This document shows positions 25,528-35,460 of a DNA stretch of 64,000 nt, piece by piece (position 1 is the first letter of the stretch; the number at the start of each line of letters is the position of its first letter). The notes under the pieces are model-generated. The model had not been told where the DNA came from. It was given only the letters and a program-made list of their open reading frames with translations, and did no database searches. Both the position numbers and the translations under genes were made by a program. Where the stretch lies: the NCBI GenBank assembly GCA_964638975.1, contig CAZXAJ010000005.1, positions 18,213-82,212 on the forward strand, read 5' to 3'. This stretch comes from an uncultured Dehalococcoidales bacterium. Lineage in GTDB: Bacteria; Chloroflexota; Dehalococcoidia; GIF9; AB-539-J10.

Positions 25528-26853
25528 ATGGGAGATTGGCAAGAAGAATTTCAAAAGAGGATGGTTCCTGCGGAGGAAGCAGCAAAAGCTGTCAAGTCTG
25601 GAGATCGCGTTGCCTTTACTACGGGTAGAGAGTCTCATGCTATAGGACTGGCACTCGCTGCCAGGAAAGAAGAGTTGAGAGACGTTAAGGTTTTCGTTCC
25701 CACCCCGGGCTATGATTTTGGTTGGTATGACCCCGGCTGGGAAGACTCATTCACCATAGTGACAGCGTTTCCCTTGGGGATAAATAGGGAGATGGTAGAG
25801 GAGGGGAGGTGTGACCTCTATACTGGGGGGATCACTCCATTTGAGATGGAATACTTTGAAGATGGGGTAGATGTTCTTCTTACGGAGGTTTCTTCCCCTG
25901 ATGACAGAGGTTTTTGTAGCTTTGGCCAATCGCTATGGAATAAGAGAAAGCAGGTTGCGGAGGCAGGACTGGTTATAGCTGAGGTGAACAACAATTTGAT
26001 TAGGACCCACGGTGATAATTATGTCCATGTTTCGGAAATAGACTATTTTGTAGAGCATGTCTCCTCAGGGGAGACTCCGGGTGGGACCAGCCTGTTAGGC
26101 AAAAAGGTCAAAAAGGAGCCTGACGCTGCTATGAAGCAAATTGCCAAGAACATCTCGGAGTTGATGAGGGATGGTGATACGTTTCAGGTCGGTGTTGGTA
26201 GAACCACGGAGCCCCTAGTAAGCCTGGGAATACTCGATGGCAAGAATGATATAGGTTATCACTCAGAGGCGACGGTGCAGGGGGTAATCAGGTTAGTGAG
26301 GGAAGGGGTTATCAATGGGAAATACAAGAATGTGCGTCCAGGAAAAGCTGTCGTAACTTCCATAGGTGGGGACACGAGGGAGGAAATGCAATGGGTTCAT
26401 ATGAACCCGCTCTTCGAACTCGTTGATGTTGATTATGTAGAGGATGTAAGAGTTATTGCTGCCAACGATAATTATGTGGCTATAAATCAGGCTGTGGCCG
26501 TAGATTTGTTTGGGCAGATAACAGCGGAAAGCTTAGGACTCCAAGTGTTCAGTAATGCCGGAGGTCAAATACCCTTTCAGATTGGTGCTTTGTTATCTAA
26601 AGGTGGGCGCGCCATCACGGTGCTTCCTTCCACCGCACAGAATGGGACGGTCTCCCGCATCAGGCCCTTATTACCAGAGGGGACAACCGTTACTATACAT
26701 AAGAATTTAGCTGACCATGTGGTAACCGAATATGGTGTAGCTCGGTTGCGTGGCAAGAGCAGGAGGCAGAAGGCTGAAGAGCTAATCAACGTAGCTCATC
26801 CGGACTTCCGTGCCGAGCTTGAAAAAGAGGCCAAGAAGTTATTCTGGCCTTAG
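25528..26853 (+). CDS. Acetyl-CoA hydrolase/transferase family protein (family I, 4-hydroxybutyrate/butyryl-CoA:acetate CoA-transferase-like)
   Basis: 441 aa. The N-terminus W..EF.KRMV.AEEAAKAVKSGDRVAF and ..SNAGGQIPFQIGA.. are typical of this family. AAAGGAG Shine-Dalgarno. Confidence 0.85.
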   Translation: MGDWQEEFQKRMVPAEEAAKAVKSGDRVAFTTGRESHAIGLALAARKEELRDVKVFVPTPGYDFGWYDPGWEDSFTIVTAFPLGINREMVEEGRCDLYTGGITPFEMEYFEDGVDVLLTEVSSPDDRGFCSFGQSLWNKRKQVAEAGLVIAEVNNNLIRTHGDNYVHVSEIDYFVEHVSSGETPGGTSLLGKKVKKEPDAAMKQIAKNISELMRDGDTFQVGVGRTTEPLVSLGILDGKNDIGYHSEATVQGVIRLVREGVINGKYKNVRPGKAVVTSIGGDTREEMQWVHMNPLFELVDVDYVEDVRVIAANDNYVAINQAVAVDLFGQITAESLGLQVFSNAGGQIPFQIGALLSKGGRAITVLPSTAQNGTVSRIRPLLPEGTTVTIHKNLADHVVTEYGVARLRGKSRRQKAEELINVAHPDFRAELEKEAKKLFWP

Positions 26854-26913
26854 AAAATGGCGGCCATTCCTTTTTGATGGAGCCATAGAGACAAGCGAAG
26901 GTCACCCCAGACT

Positions 26914-27843
26914 TTATTTTCTTCTCAACGGGGCGTCACTGTAAAAATCTTCTCTTTCCTGAATAGCGCCCTTTACCCCCTTTGTCTTCAGCGCCTTCAA
27001 CATGTTGAGCTCGCCCGGTTGAAACTGTATGTTGGTCTGCCATGTCTGCTCGGCCATTGCAGCGGTTATGCCGGTCCCCACTCCACAGATATCGAGTGCC
27101 CCCTCGAAGCAGGCTTTGCCGGATAGTATGGCATCATAGGGCTGGCGGCATATCTCTGCGGCCACCCTGGCCACCTCTGCGTCCAGCTTATTCAAGGGCA
27201 CTACCCGATTGACAAGACCATATTCCTTAGCCTCCTTGGCCCCGATAGGCTGGCCAGTAAGCATCATCTCTTTCACTCTCTTCACGCCAATGGTGTGGAA
27301 GAGAAGTACCATATCAATCGGGGACGCCCCGATGTATCGGTAGGTGGGGTCGGTGAACTCGGCGTCTTCACTAGCCACGGTGATATCGCAAAGGCAGGCT
27401 ATCTGGAAGCCGGTACCGTAGCATTTTCCGTGGACCTGGGCGATGGTAGCCTTAAGGCAGGTGCCTATTACTTGGTAGAAACCCCAATAACCGTAAAGTT
27501 TCTCCTCTCGGTGATGTCTGTATCTCTGGCTGGGCCTCCGCTCCTTACCCTTATCGTGGTAAGCCTGCCGTATATAATCCAGGTCCATGCCGGTAGAGAA
27601 ACAATCGCCGGCCCCTTTGAAAATGACGGCCTTTACGTTGAGGTCTTCTTCGGCGTCGATAACGCGGTCCCTGAGTTCCATAAGGTCGCCGGGGGTGGCC
27701 GCATTAAGCTTTTCCGGCCGGTTGAACGTGATAGTGGCTATGTGCCTGTCTTCGTCCACTTCGTATAGGCAGTACGGTTTATCCGAAGGCCCGAAAAATT
27801 TCTCATCGGCTATCTCATAGCTTGGTCGCTGACTATTGGACAT
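26914..27843 (-). CDS. Crotonase-superfamily enzyme (long form, 309 aa)
   Basis: Oxyanion-hole region VIFKGAGDCFSTGMDL...; about 45 aa longer than standard enoyl-CoA hydratases, with a C-terminal extension ...QPGELNMLKALKTKGVKGAIQEREDFY. Confidence 0.85.
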   Translation of the reverse strand: MSNSQRPSYEIADEKFFGPSDKPYCLYEVDEDRHIATITFNRPEKLNAATPGDLMELRDRVIDAEEDLNVKAVIFKGAGDCFSTGMDLDYIRQAYHDKGKERRPSQRYRHHREEKLYGYWGFYQVIGTCLKATIAQVHGKCYGTGFQIACLCDITVASEDAEFTDPTYRYIGASPIDMVLLFHTIGVKRVKEMMLTGQPIGAKEAKEYGLVNRVVPLNKLDAEVARVAAEICRQPYDAILSGKACFEGALDICGVGTGITAAMAEQTWQTNIQFQPGELNMLKALKTKGVKGAIQEREDFYSDAPLRRK

Positions 27844-27897
27844 TGAATCTGCTCCTTTATTCTTTAATTAAGTCCCTCTGGCACTCTGCCTGTCAAC

Positions 27898-28818
27898 TTA
27901 TGTCTTTCGCACATTCAAAGGACTCGACTTCCAGCGTTCTTTGTTGGCATCGAGGGCAGCTTTCGTCCCACCCTTTCTCCCGGCAGCAATCAGGTTGAAC
28001 TCGTCCGGCTCACTACGCATCATATGTGCCAAGACATGTGTGTTTGTTCCCATTGTTGCCATTGTCTGCTTGCCCATGATACTTAACGCTATGTTGAAGT
28101 TCTGCTTGCCGATGTATAGAGAATCAGCAGCCTGTAGTGCTACGAGTTCGGCCAGCTTGTTGGTCTCTTCCTCTAGCTTATCCAAGGGCACCACTTTATT
28201 TACCAGCCCACACTCCAGGGCTTCCTGTGCATCGAGACCGCGCCCTGTAAACATTATCTCCTTAGTCATGGTGAGGCCAATCTTGAGGATTAGCATGACC
28301 ATGTCCTCGCCCATGGGGCCGATGTACCGGTAGCCAGGGTGCGTGAACATAGCATTATCAGCGGCGACGATGAAGTCGCAGCCCGAGGCAAGTTGAAAAT
28401 GGCCTCCATAGCAGTAGCCCTGGACCTGGGCGATGGTAATCTTGGGACAATTATGCATTGTCTGGTTGTATCCTCTCCTGCCATAAGCATTTTGCCTGAG
28501 CTCAACAATCCGGAATCCCTGGCTTCGCGGCCGCTCCATCTCTCCGGGCTTGAGTGTATCATCTTGTATAATCATACTCACATCTGCTCCAGCAGAGAAA
28601 TGCTTTCCGGCCCCTTTGAAGATAACAACCTTGACGTCCGGGTCGTCTCCCGCCCTTTGTATAGCCCGCACTATCTGCATATTTTCTTCAGCATCAGCTG
28701 TATTGAGTTTGTCCGGTTTGTTCCAGGTAATCCGGGCTATCTTCTTCTCTTTATCTACCTCGTATAAACAATAGGGGGGGCGTCCTGGAACCACCCGCTT
28801 GTAGTTATAGTCTACCAT
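27898..28818 (-). CDS. Crotonase-superfamily enzyme, paralog (306 aa)
   Basis: VVIFKGAGKHFSAGADV...; same architecture and C-terminal extension (SEPDEFNLIAAGRKGGTKAALDANKERW). GAAAGGAG Shine-Dalgarno. Confidence 0.85.
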   Translation of the reverse strand: MVDYNYKRVVPGRPPYCLYEVDKEKKIARITWNKPDKLNTADAEENMQIVRAIQRAGDDPDVKVVIFKGAGKHFSAGADVSMIIQDDTLKPGEMERPRSQGFRIVELRQNAYGRRGYNQTMHNCPKITIAQVQGYCYGGHFQLASGCDFIVAADNAMFTHPGYRYIGPMGEDMVMLILKIGLTMTKEIMFTGRGLDAQEALECGLVNKVVPLDKLEEETNKLAELVALQAADSLYIGKQNFNIALSIMGKQTMATMGTNTHVLAHMMRSEPDEFNLIAAGRKGGTKAALDANKERWKSSPLNVRKT

Positions 28819-29237
28819 GGTATTCTCCTTTCTTGTCCTTCGACATAAGATTTTGGCTTATTAATATCGCCTTGTTGCCTGAAATCATGCCTTAAAGCAT
28901 CTCATCTGGTCTTTAGTTTACAAGAAAGATGTTTGTATCCACCCACCGTGTCCGATACCCTTTGCCTACCGATTACTTCGTGGATGGTGATGTTCTTGGG
29001 CCGACTGCGTAGGTGAAGCACGATTCGTTCCAACATAAGATCACTCTAAGGCTGAATCCCTTATCTTTGCGATAGCCTTTCCTCCTTAAAGTATGCCAGT
29101 TCTGGCAAAAGTCACGACCAGTTGAATTTATTAGCGACTTGTTTTTTCAGAATCTTGGTCTGTATTATATCACCTCCCCAACTGTCTGCCAAATCTCTGT
29201 GCTGGCTGACCACATGGATAACACTGGGCTATGGATT

Positions 29238-29569
29238 TTAGCAAGTTCCTTGTAAACATACTCTATCGGGGGAAGATAGATAACGATGGTATCTAGCTGG
29301 AAGAGGAAGTAAATCAGATAGCTGAGATTATAGCTCGACTCCCCTTGGATAGCATTGTCATGGGGAAGAAAGAATTCTTATTAGCTATGGATATAATGGG
29401 GCTTTCGGACGGCTATGATTTGGCTAGCCTTCATCATACCCTTATGAGTAACATGGAGTTTGGACCCGGGGAGTTTAATCTTATGAAGGAGCTGAGGGAT
29501 AAAGGCCGGAAAGGCATGTATGCGGCTAGAGACGAGCAATACAAAGCTGCACAGCTGCGGAAAAAGTGA
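29238..29569 (+). pseudogene. C-terminal relic of a third long-form crotonase paralog
   Basis: ...LEEEVNQIAEIIARLPLDSIVMGKKEFLLAMDIMG...GPGEFNLMKELRDKGRKGMYAARDEQYKAAQLRKK aligns with the C-termini of both intact paralogs. An in-frame TAG and frame breaks lie upstream, and there is no N-terminal half. Confidence 0.55.
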
Positions 29570-29701
29570 GGTTTATCTCTTATACTGCCATTTCAGCTTT
29601 GTTATCTGAGTTGAGAGAGCTTCTGACTCCACTAATCTTGCATTTATTCTTTTCTCTGAGCGATGAAGGGGGGCTTGGGAAGAAGATGCGATGTAGTTCT
29701 T

Positions 29702-29730
29702 TTGACAGGTTTTGTAGCCTTTTTTATAAT
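29702..29730 (+). promoter_or_regulatory. Consensus sigma70 promoter of the TRAP operon
   Basis: TTGACA (29702-29707), 17-nt spacer, TATAAT (29725-29730). About 95-nt leader. Confidence 0.55.
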
Positions 29731-29829
29731 ATCTTAGCTAGGGTCGCTATATATTCAAATGCTTAGTGGAGGCATATTATTAATCCTAAAAGCAGGTAGC
29801 GCGAGGTGGGTCGAATAGAAAGGAGAAAA

Positions 29830-30891
29830 ATGTTTGATAAGAGATGGATAATCTTGGCGTTGGCTTTGGTGTTGATACTGAGTTTGCTACTATCTTGCAC
29901 ACCTGTGGCGCCTACGCCCACTCCCACTCCCACGCCAACACCTACATTCCCCGAAATAAAGCTGAAGTTTGCCACCTGGCTAGCCATGGACCACCCCAGT
30001 GCACTGTCGTCATACATTCGCCAGGCTGACCTGATTACTGAGCGCACAGAGGGCGCGGTCACTTTCGAGTGGTATCCGCAAGCGCAACTGTTCAAGCCCA
30101 CGGAGGCGATTGCCAGCGTCGGAGCCGGTGTTGCCGATCTCTCGGTTCTTGTTTTTGCCTATGAGGCAGGCAGGGTACCGCTGGGTTCTGTGGAAGGTCT
30201 CCCCTTCGCTTTCGAGACCCCAAATGAGGTTCTTGAAGTTTATAGACGGGGGTGGGATATGTTGCAAGCGGAAGTTGCTCCCTTCAACGTAAAATTGCTA
30301 AGTTATAACGCGGCACAGGCTCATGTTCTCTGCACCAAGGATAAGCCAGTCAGGACCCTAGATGACGTGAAGGGGCTCAAAATAAGGGGGGCTGGTGGGC
30401 TCGAAGACATGATGCTAGAGGCGATCGGCGCCATCCCTGTCACCATGTCTACTGTCGATGTCTACCTAGCTATACAAACGGGTGTTCTTGACGGAGGTTG
30501 CAGTCTACCGACCAGCCCGGATGCTCATCTCTGGGGCGACCTTGTCCAATATATGATGCTCACTAACCATATGTATGTTGCCGGGGCGACAATGATAAAT
30601 CTGGACACCTGGAATAACCTGTCTCCAGAGGTACAGGAGATAATGCTGGACGCTTCCCGGGATATGGAGGACTATAATGTCGCCTACCTGGATCAGATGT
30701 TTGAAGAGTCAGTAGGAGAGTGGAGTTCACTTCCCGGGAAGGAGGTTATCCAATTCTCCGAGGTGGAGAGAATGAAATGGAAAGAACTTAGTATGCCTAT
30801 ATGGGATGATTGGGTGTCTATTTGCGAAGAGGCAGGCAAGGGCGACGAAGCGCGTCAGTTCCTGACAATAATAGAGGATGTAACTGGATAG
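29830..30891 (+). CDS. dctP: TRAP transporter substrate-binding lipoprotein (DctP family)
   Basis: MFDKRWIILALALVLILSLLLSC (lipobox), a (PT)6 linker, then a DctP-like body (LKFATWLAMDHP...IRGAGG...). ATG at 29830 behind AAAGGAG. Confidence 0.85.
   Translation: MFDKRWIILALALVLILSLLLSCTPVAPTPTPTPTPTPTFPEIKLKFATWLAMDHPSALSSYIRQADLITERTEGAVTFEWYPQAQLFKPTEAIASVGAGVADLSVLVFAYEAGRVPLGSVEGLPFAFETPNEVLEVYRRGWDMLQAEVAPFNVKLLSYNAAQAHVLCTKDKPVRTLDDVKGLKIRGAGGLEDMMLEAIGAIPVTMSTVDVYLAIQTGVLDGGCSLPTSPDAHLWGDLVQYMMLTNHMYVAGATMINLDTWNNLSPEVQEIMLDASRDMEDYNVAYLDQMFEESVGEWSSLPGKEVIQFSEVERMKWKELSMPIWDDWVSICEEAGKGDEARQFLTIIEDVTG
29911..29946 (+). repeat. (CCN ACN)6 coding microrepeat = Pro-Thr linker of the lipoprotein
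   Basis: cct acg ccc act ccc act ccc acg cca aca cct aca. Confidence 0.8.
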
Positions 30892-30990
30892 AAGCTAGAG
30901 GTTTCCGACATGGCACAGCGGTGTTCAAATCCTCACTGGCCTACGTCGGGAGCCAGGTGAGCCTTAGGTCTATCAGGCGGTTTTCCAGGT

Positions 30991-31542
30991 ATGAAGCAAG
31001 CGGCAAAAGTCGCTGCAGTAGTGGTACGTTGTATTGACCGCTTAAGCGAGGCATTAGGCCTGGCAGCGGGCGTAGTTGTCTTGTCGTTCACGTTATTGAT
31101 CGTTTATGAGGTGGTAGCGAGGAAGGTATTTGACGCGCCTCTAGGGTTCGTCTTTGAGCTGTCCACCTATGCTGTGATAGCCATTGTATTATTGCCTCTG
31201 GCTTTCATTCAGGCCCAGAAAAGACACGTCAGTATTGACCTGATAACTTCGCGCCTATCTCCAAGGAAACAGATTATCCTTGACATATTCGCCTCCGTTC
31301 TCTGTTTTGTTTTCTGCGCTCTTCTCGCCTGGAAAAGCGCGGAGGTAGCGTGGAAGTCCTATCAAATGGGCTTAGTATCTGCCACCACCCTAAGAGTGCC
31401 CCTTTTCATACCGCAGGCAATAGTTCCCATAGGAAGTATTCTGGTTTGTCTCCAATTTCTGCTTGCCATTCCCCGTGCTATTCGCTCTCTGGTAAGCCTA
31501 GGCTCGATGGCTGGTGAGCCGGGAGAGGAACTAGAGGCATAG
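30991..31542 (+). CDS. dctQ: TRAP transporter small permease (DctQ family)
   Basis: 183 aa with four hydrophobic segments, lying between dctP and dctM. Confidence 0.8.
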   Translation: MKQAAKVAAVVVRCIDRLSEALGLAAGVVVLSFTLLIVYEVVARKVFDAPLGFVFELSTYAVIAIVLLPLAFIQAQKRHVSIDLITSRLSPRKQIILDIFASVLCFVFCALLAWKSAEVAWKSYQMGLVSATTLRVPLFIPQAIVPIGSILVCLQFLLAIPRAIRSLVSLGSMAGEPGEELEA

Positions 31543-31571
31543 TAGTTTTCCCTGCAGCAGGGAGTGTGTGC

Positions 31572-32870
31572 ATGGAATGGTATGTTGTTACTATCCTGGC
31601 CTTCGCGGCGATGTTTGCCATTGTATTTGCCAAAGTGCCCATAGCCTTCGGCTTGGGTTTGCTGGGGCTGGTTGGGCTTTGGGCTTTTCTCGATGGGAGA
31701 GCGGCTCTACTTTTCTTGGGCAATCATCCATTCAGTGTGCTACAGAATTTTACATTGGTCGCGGTGCCGATGTTCATTTTAATGGCCGAAGTCATTCTGT
31801 TTACTGGCATCAGCGGCGATCTTTTTGACCTTTTTAACAAATGGCTGAATAGGCTTCCTGGTGGTCTAGCTATAAGTGGAATAATGGCTTGTGCTGGCTT
31901 CGGCGCCATGTCTGGCAGCAGCACAGCCACTGCTGCTGGCATCGGCTCCGTTGCTATCCCGGAAATGCAGAGGCGAGGTTATGACAACAGACTGACAGCA
32001 GGTAGTGTAGCCGCTGGTGGTGGGCTGGGCATTCTTATCCCTCCCAGCCTTCCCCTGATCTTTTATGGCGTTATCACCGAGGTTTCTGTGGGCAAGCTAT
32101 TTATGGCTACCCTGATTCCCGGCGTTATCATGGCATTGCTGGAGTCGACTTACGTGACAATACACTGTAAAAGAAATCCTCGCCTGGCTCCACGGATGCC
32201 AGGGGTATCCTGGAAAGACAGAGCCGTTGCATTGAGAGAGGTATGGCCTGTTTTGGTGCTTGTCTTTCTCGTGTTAGGGAGCATCTATCTGGGCTGGGCC
32301 ACTGTTAGCGAGGCAGCGGCTATGGGGGCATTCGGCGCTCTATGTCTCGCCCTGGTTTTTAGAAGACTTACTTGGAGTAATCTGCGAGGGTCACTGTTGG
32401 CCACGGTCAGGGCCACTTCGGCAGTCCTTATTATTTTGGTGGGGGCTTTGTTCTTCGGCTATTTTCTGACTGTGGCTCAGGTTCCGCAGGGGCTCAGCAA
32501 CGTTCTGGTCAATTTGCCCGTAAATCGCTGGGTAATCATGGTAGGTATAAACGTCCTGCTGCTCGTTCTAGGCTGTGTTATGGACATGGCAACACTCATG
32601 CTGGTCGTATTGCCCGTTCTATTTCCGCCAGTTGTAGCCCTAGGATTTGACCCGGTATGGTTTGGGGCAGTATTTATTATCAACGTGCAGATAGGACTTA
32701 TAACTCCACCGATAGGTATGGACTTATTCGTAATCAAAGGTATCTGTGATGTCTCCATGGGTGATATTATCAAAGGTGCCGTTCCCTTTGTCATTGCCAT
32801 GGCTATTACACTAGCCTTGACAATGGCCTTTCCCCAGCTTGCCTTGTTGGTACCAAATTTGATGGGGTGA
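31572..32870 (+). CDS. dctM: TRAP transporter large permease (DctM family)
   Basis: ~432-aa polytopic membrane protein with typical DctM segments (GFGAMSGSSTATAAGIGSVAIPEM, GILIPPSLPLI). Confidence 0.9.
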   Translation: MEWYVVTILAFAAMFAIVFAKVPIAFGLGLLGLVGLWAFLDGRAALLFLGNHPFSVLQNFTLVAVPMFILMAEVILFTGISGDLFDLFNKWLNRLPGGLAISGIMACAGFGAMSGSSTATAAGIGSVAIPEMQRRGYDNRLTAGSVAAGGGLGILIPPSLPLIFYGVITEVSVGKLFMATLIPGVIMALLESTYVTIHCKRNPRLAPRMPGVSWKDRAVALREVWPVLVLVFLVLGSIYLGWATVSEAAAMGAFGALCLALVFRRLTWSNLRGSLLATVRATSAVLIILVGALFFGYFLTVAQVPQGLSNVLVNLPVNRWVIMVGINVLLLVLGCVMDMATLMLVVLPVLFPPVVALGFDPVWFGAVFIINVQIGLITPPIGMDLFVIKGICDVSMGDIIKGAVPFVIAMAITLALTMAFPQLALLVPNLMG

Positions 32871-32930
32871 AATTTTTTGACAGGCTACCCCGACTTTGTT
32901 TAGCATTGACTTGAAGTAGGTCTGAGGTAT

Positions 32931-34145
32931 ATGGCTGAGAGTGCTTTGGCAGGGATAAAGGTTCTGGAGTTTTGCCAGATGGTAGCTGGTCCCTACTGCA
33001 CCAAGCTGATGGCTGACCTAGGTGCCGAGGTGGTGAAGATTGAAAAGCCGGGCTGGGGTGATGAAGCTAGGAGCAGGCCACCTTTCTTTCATGATGTTCC
33101 TGATCCTGAAACGAGCGGCCTTTTCTTGTATCTCAACACCAATAAGCTGGGGGTCACTCTTAATGTGGAGAGTGAAACCGGGAGGAAGATATTCAAGGAG
33201 CTGGTGAAGGAAATAGACATCCTGGTGGAGGATAATCCTCCTGGTGTGATGAAGAAGCAAGGCCTGGACTACGAGGTTCTCAAGGAACTTAATAGCGGCT
33301 TGATTATGACCTCCATTACCCCCTTCGGGCAGACAGGACCCTATCGGAATTACAAGGCTTATCCACTCAATGCATTTCAGAGTGGGGGAGAGGGCTATCT
33401 CACGCCTAGCGGTGTGGAGAACATTGGTCGCCCCCCACTAAAAGCAGGCAGCTTCCTCGAGGAATATGACAGCGGCTTGAGTGCAGCCATAGCTACAATG
33501 GGTGCACTTTACTGGAAGAAAAGCTCTGGGTTGGGACAGTTCATAGACATCTCAAAACAGGAATCGGCAATGTCCCTTAATAGAATGGATGTTATAGTCA
33601 GGTATGCTAACGAAAGAAAGCTTCTCACCAGGGCCCAGCAAGGGGTCCCATATGGGGGAATCTTGCCCTGTAAAGACAATGATTACACCGTATTTGTAAC
33701 ATGGCAGGAGCGGCAGTGGGAGAGAGTGGTATCCATGATGGACAACCCTGCTTGGGCGGAAGATGAGAGGTTTAAGGACCACGGTGGTCGGTTTAAACAC
33801 GGCGAGCTGCTCAATGCCTTTCTAGTAGAATGGTTGGTAAATTATACTAAAGAGGAGCTTTATCATATGGGGCAGGCCAATGGCGTTCCTTTTGGTATGG
33901 TTAATACCGCTAAGGATTTACTTGATTCAGAGCACCTGAAGGAAAGGGGATTCTTCGTAGAGATTGACCATCCCAGGATGGGGAAGGTCAAGTACCCCTC
34001 AGCGCCCCACAAATTTTCTGAGACACCCTGGAGAGTGAATCGCCCTGCACCCTTGCTTGGCGAGCACAACGGTGAAATTTACTGCGGACGCCTGGGTTAT
34101 AGCAAGGAAGAGCTGGTTAAGCTCAGAGAGGCGGGGGTGATTTAG
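32931..34145 (+). CDS. Family III CoA-transferase (CaiB/BaiF/Frc type), subunit 1
   Basis: 404 aa. GIKVLEFCQMVAGPYCTKLMADLGAEVVKIE...; interlocked-dimer family signature. Confidence 0.9.
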   Translation: MAESALAGIKVLEFCQMVAGPYCTKLMADLGAEVVKIEKPGWGDEARSRPPFFHDVPDPETSGLFLYLNTNKLGVTLNVESETGRKIFKELVKEIDILVEDNPPGVMKKQGLDYEVLKELNSGLIMTSITPFGQTGPYRNYKAYPLNAFQSGGEGYLTPSGVENIGRPPLKAGSFLEEYDSGLSAAIATMGALYWKKSSGLGQFIDISKQESAMSLNRMDVIVRYANERKLLTRAQQGVPYGGILPCKDNDYTVFVTWQERQWERVVSMMDNPAWAEDERFKDHGGRFKHGELLNAFLVEWLVNYTKEELYHMGQANGVPFGMVNTAKDLLDSEHLKERGFFVEIDHPRMGKVKYPSAPHKFSETPWRVNRPAPLLGEHNGEIYCGRLGYSKEELVKLREAGVI

Positions 34146-34161
34146 GAGGTATCTTAGTGCC

Positions 34162-35361
34162 ATGGATATCCTGGCTGGAATAAGAGTACTGGATTTTACA
34201 GCGCATGTGGCGGGACCACAGGCGACGATATTATTGGCATATATGGGGGCAGAAGTTATCAAGGTTGAGGGTAGAGCGTATTTAGATGTACTAAGAACTA
34301 CTGCCACCGCAATAGGCACAGGGAAAACGGCTGTCGGCATGTTTAACAGCATGAATGTCGGCAAGTTAGGCATAACTCTCAATCTCACCCACCCCAATGG
34401 AGCAGAACTGGCGAAGAGGCTGGTCAAGATAAGTGATGTAGTGGTGGATAACTTCAGGGCGGGGGTGATGGACAAGCTTGGCTTGGGTTATTCAGTTCTC
34501 AAGGAAATCAAACCCGATATCATAATGGTCTCTGCTTCAAGCCATGGGGCAACCGGCCCTGAGAGCAGATATAGCGGTTTTGCAGTGACCATGGGTCCCC
34601 TCAGTGGGCTATCTCATATAACGGGTTATCCTGGCGGTCCTCCGGCGATTTTGAGGAATAGCGTTGATTCCAGAATGGGCAATGCTGCAGCCTTTGCTAT
34701 ACTCGTCGCCCTTAATTATCGGCAGGAGACTGGAAAGGGCCAGTTTGTGGACCTCTCCGGCAGGGAGGCGCTTACTTGCAGTATGGGTGAGATCATCATG
34801 GACTACACCATGAATGGCAGGGTCAGCTCTCGCAATGGCAATCGAGATGCTATTATGGCTCCCCACAATTGCTACCGCTGCAGGGGTGAAGACAAATGGG
34901 TTAGCATAGCTATCTCTGGTGATGAGGAGTGGGGTTCTTTTTGCGAGACCATAGGGAATCCAAAGTGGACCAAAGAAGAAAGATTCTCCGCTCAACTCAG
35001 CCGGTGGCAGAATCAGGATGAGCTGGATAGGCTAATTGAGGAGTGGACTATTACCCATACCCACTACGAGGTGATGGAAATGCTTCAGAGAGCAGGGGTG
35101 GCAGCGATACCCTCCTTCAGCAACGAGGACCTTTTCAATGATGCACATTGCCAGGAGCGTGAATATCTTGTTCCCGTTCAACATCAGGAGGCGGGACAAC
35201 TGTTTGCGCTTGCCCCGCCCTGGAAATTCTCAGTTACCCCTGCAAGGGTTACTAGACCAGCACCCGTGCTCGGTGAACACAATGATTATGTTTTTGGAGA
35301 GCTCCTGGGAATGTCCCGGGATGAAATTGCCAGACTGGCTGATGAGGGCGTCTTTGACTAA
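34162..35361 (+). CDS. Family III CoA-transferase, subunit 2 / paralog
   Basis: 399 aa. GIRVLDFTAHVAGPQATILLAYMGAEVIKVE... It starts 16 nt after the previous gene, with a TAGGAGG Shine-Dalgarno. Confidence 0.9.
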   Translation: MDILAGIRVLDFTAHVAGPQATILLAYMGAEVIKVEGRAYLDVLRTTATAIGTGKTAVGMFNSMNVGKLGITLNLTHPNGAELAKRLVKISDVVVDNFRAGVMDKLGLGYSVLKEIKPDIIMVSASSHGATGPESRYSGFAVTMGPLSGLSHITGYPGGPPAILRNSVDSRMGNAAAFAILVALNYRQETGKGQFVDLSGREALTCSMGEIIMDYTMNGRVSSRNGNRDAIMAPHNCYRCRGEDKWVSIAISGDEEWGSFCETIGNPKWTKEERFSAQLSRWQNQDELDRLIEEWTITHTHYEVMEMLQRAGVAAIPSFSNEDLFNDAHCQEREYLVPVQHQEAGQLFALAPPWKFSVTPARVTRPAPVLGEHNDYVFGELLGMSRDEIARLADEGVFD

Positions 35362-35405
35362 TCTAGACCCCACAAAATTCAAATTTCGCTATTGTTAAGG
35401 TAGTA

Positions 35406-35428
35406 GGAACAGAATCACCTTCTGTTCC
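35406..35428. terminator. Bidirectional hairpin between convergent genes
   Basis: GGAACAGAA-tcacc-TTCTGTTCC (9-bp perfect stem). Confidence 0.55.
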
Positions 35429-35460
35429 CAGACTATTGTTCTATAGAGCCAATCGCCAGG

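Noticed and set aside
29911-29946. The CCN-ACN microrepeat as a contingency (phase-variation) locus
   Set aside because: The repeat unit is 6 nt, so slippage stays in frame, and the codons are heterogeneous. It is simply a Pro-Thr linker after the lipobox.
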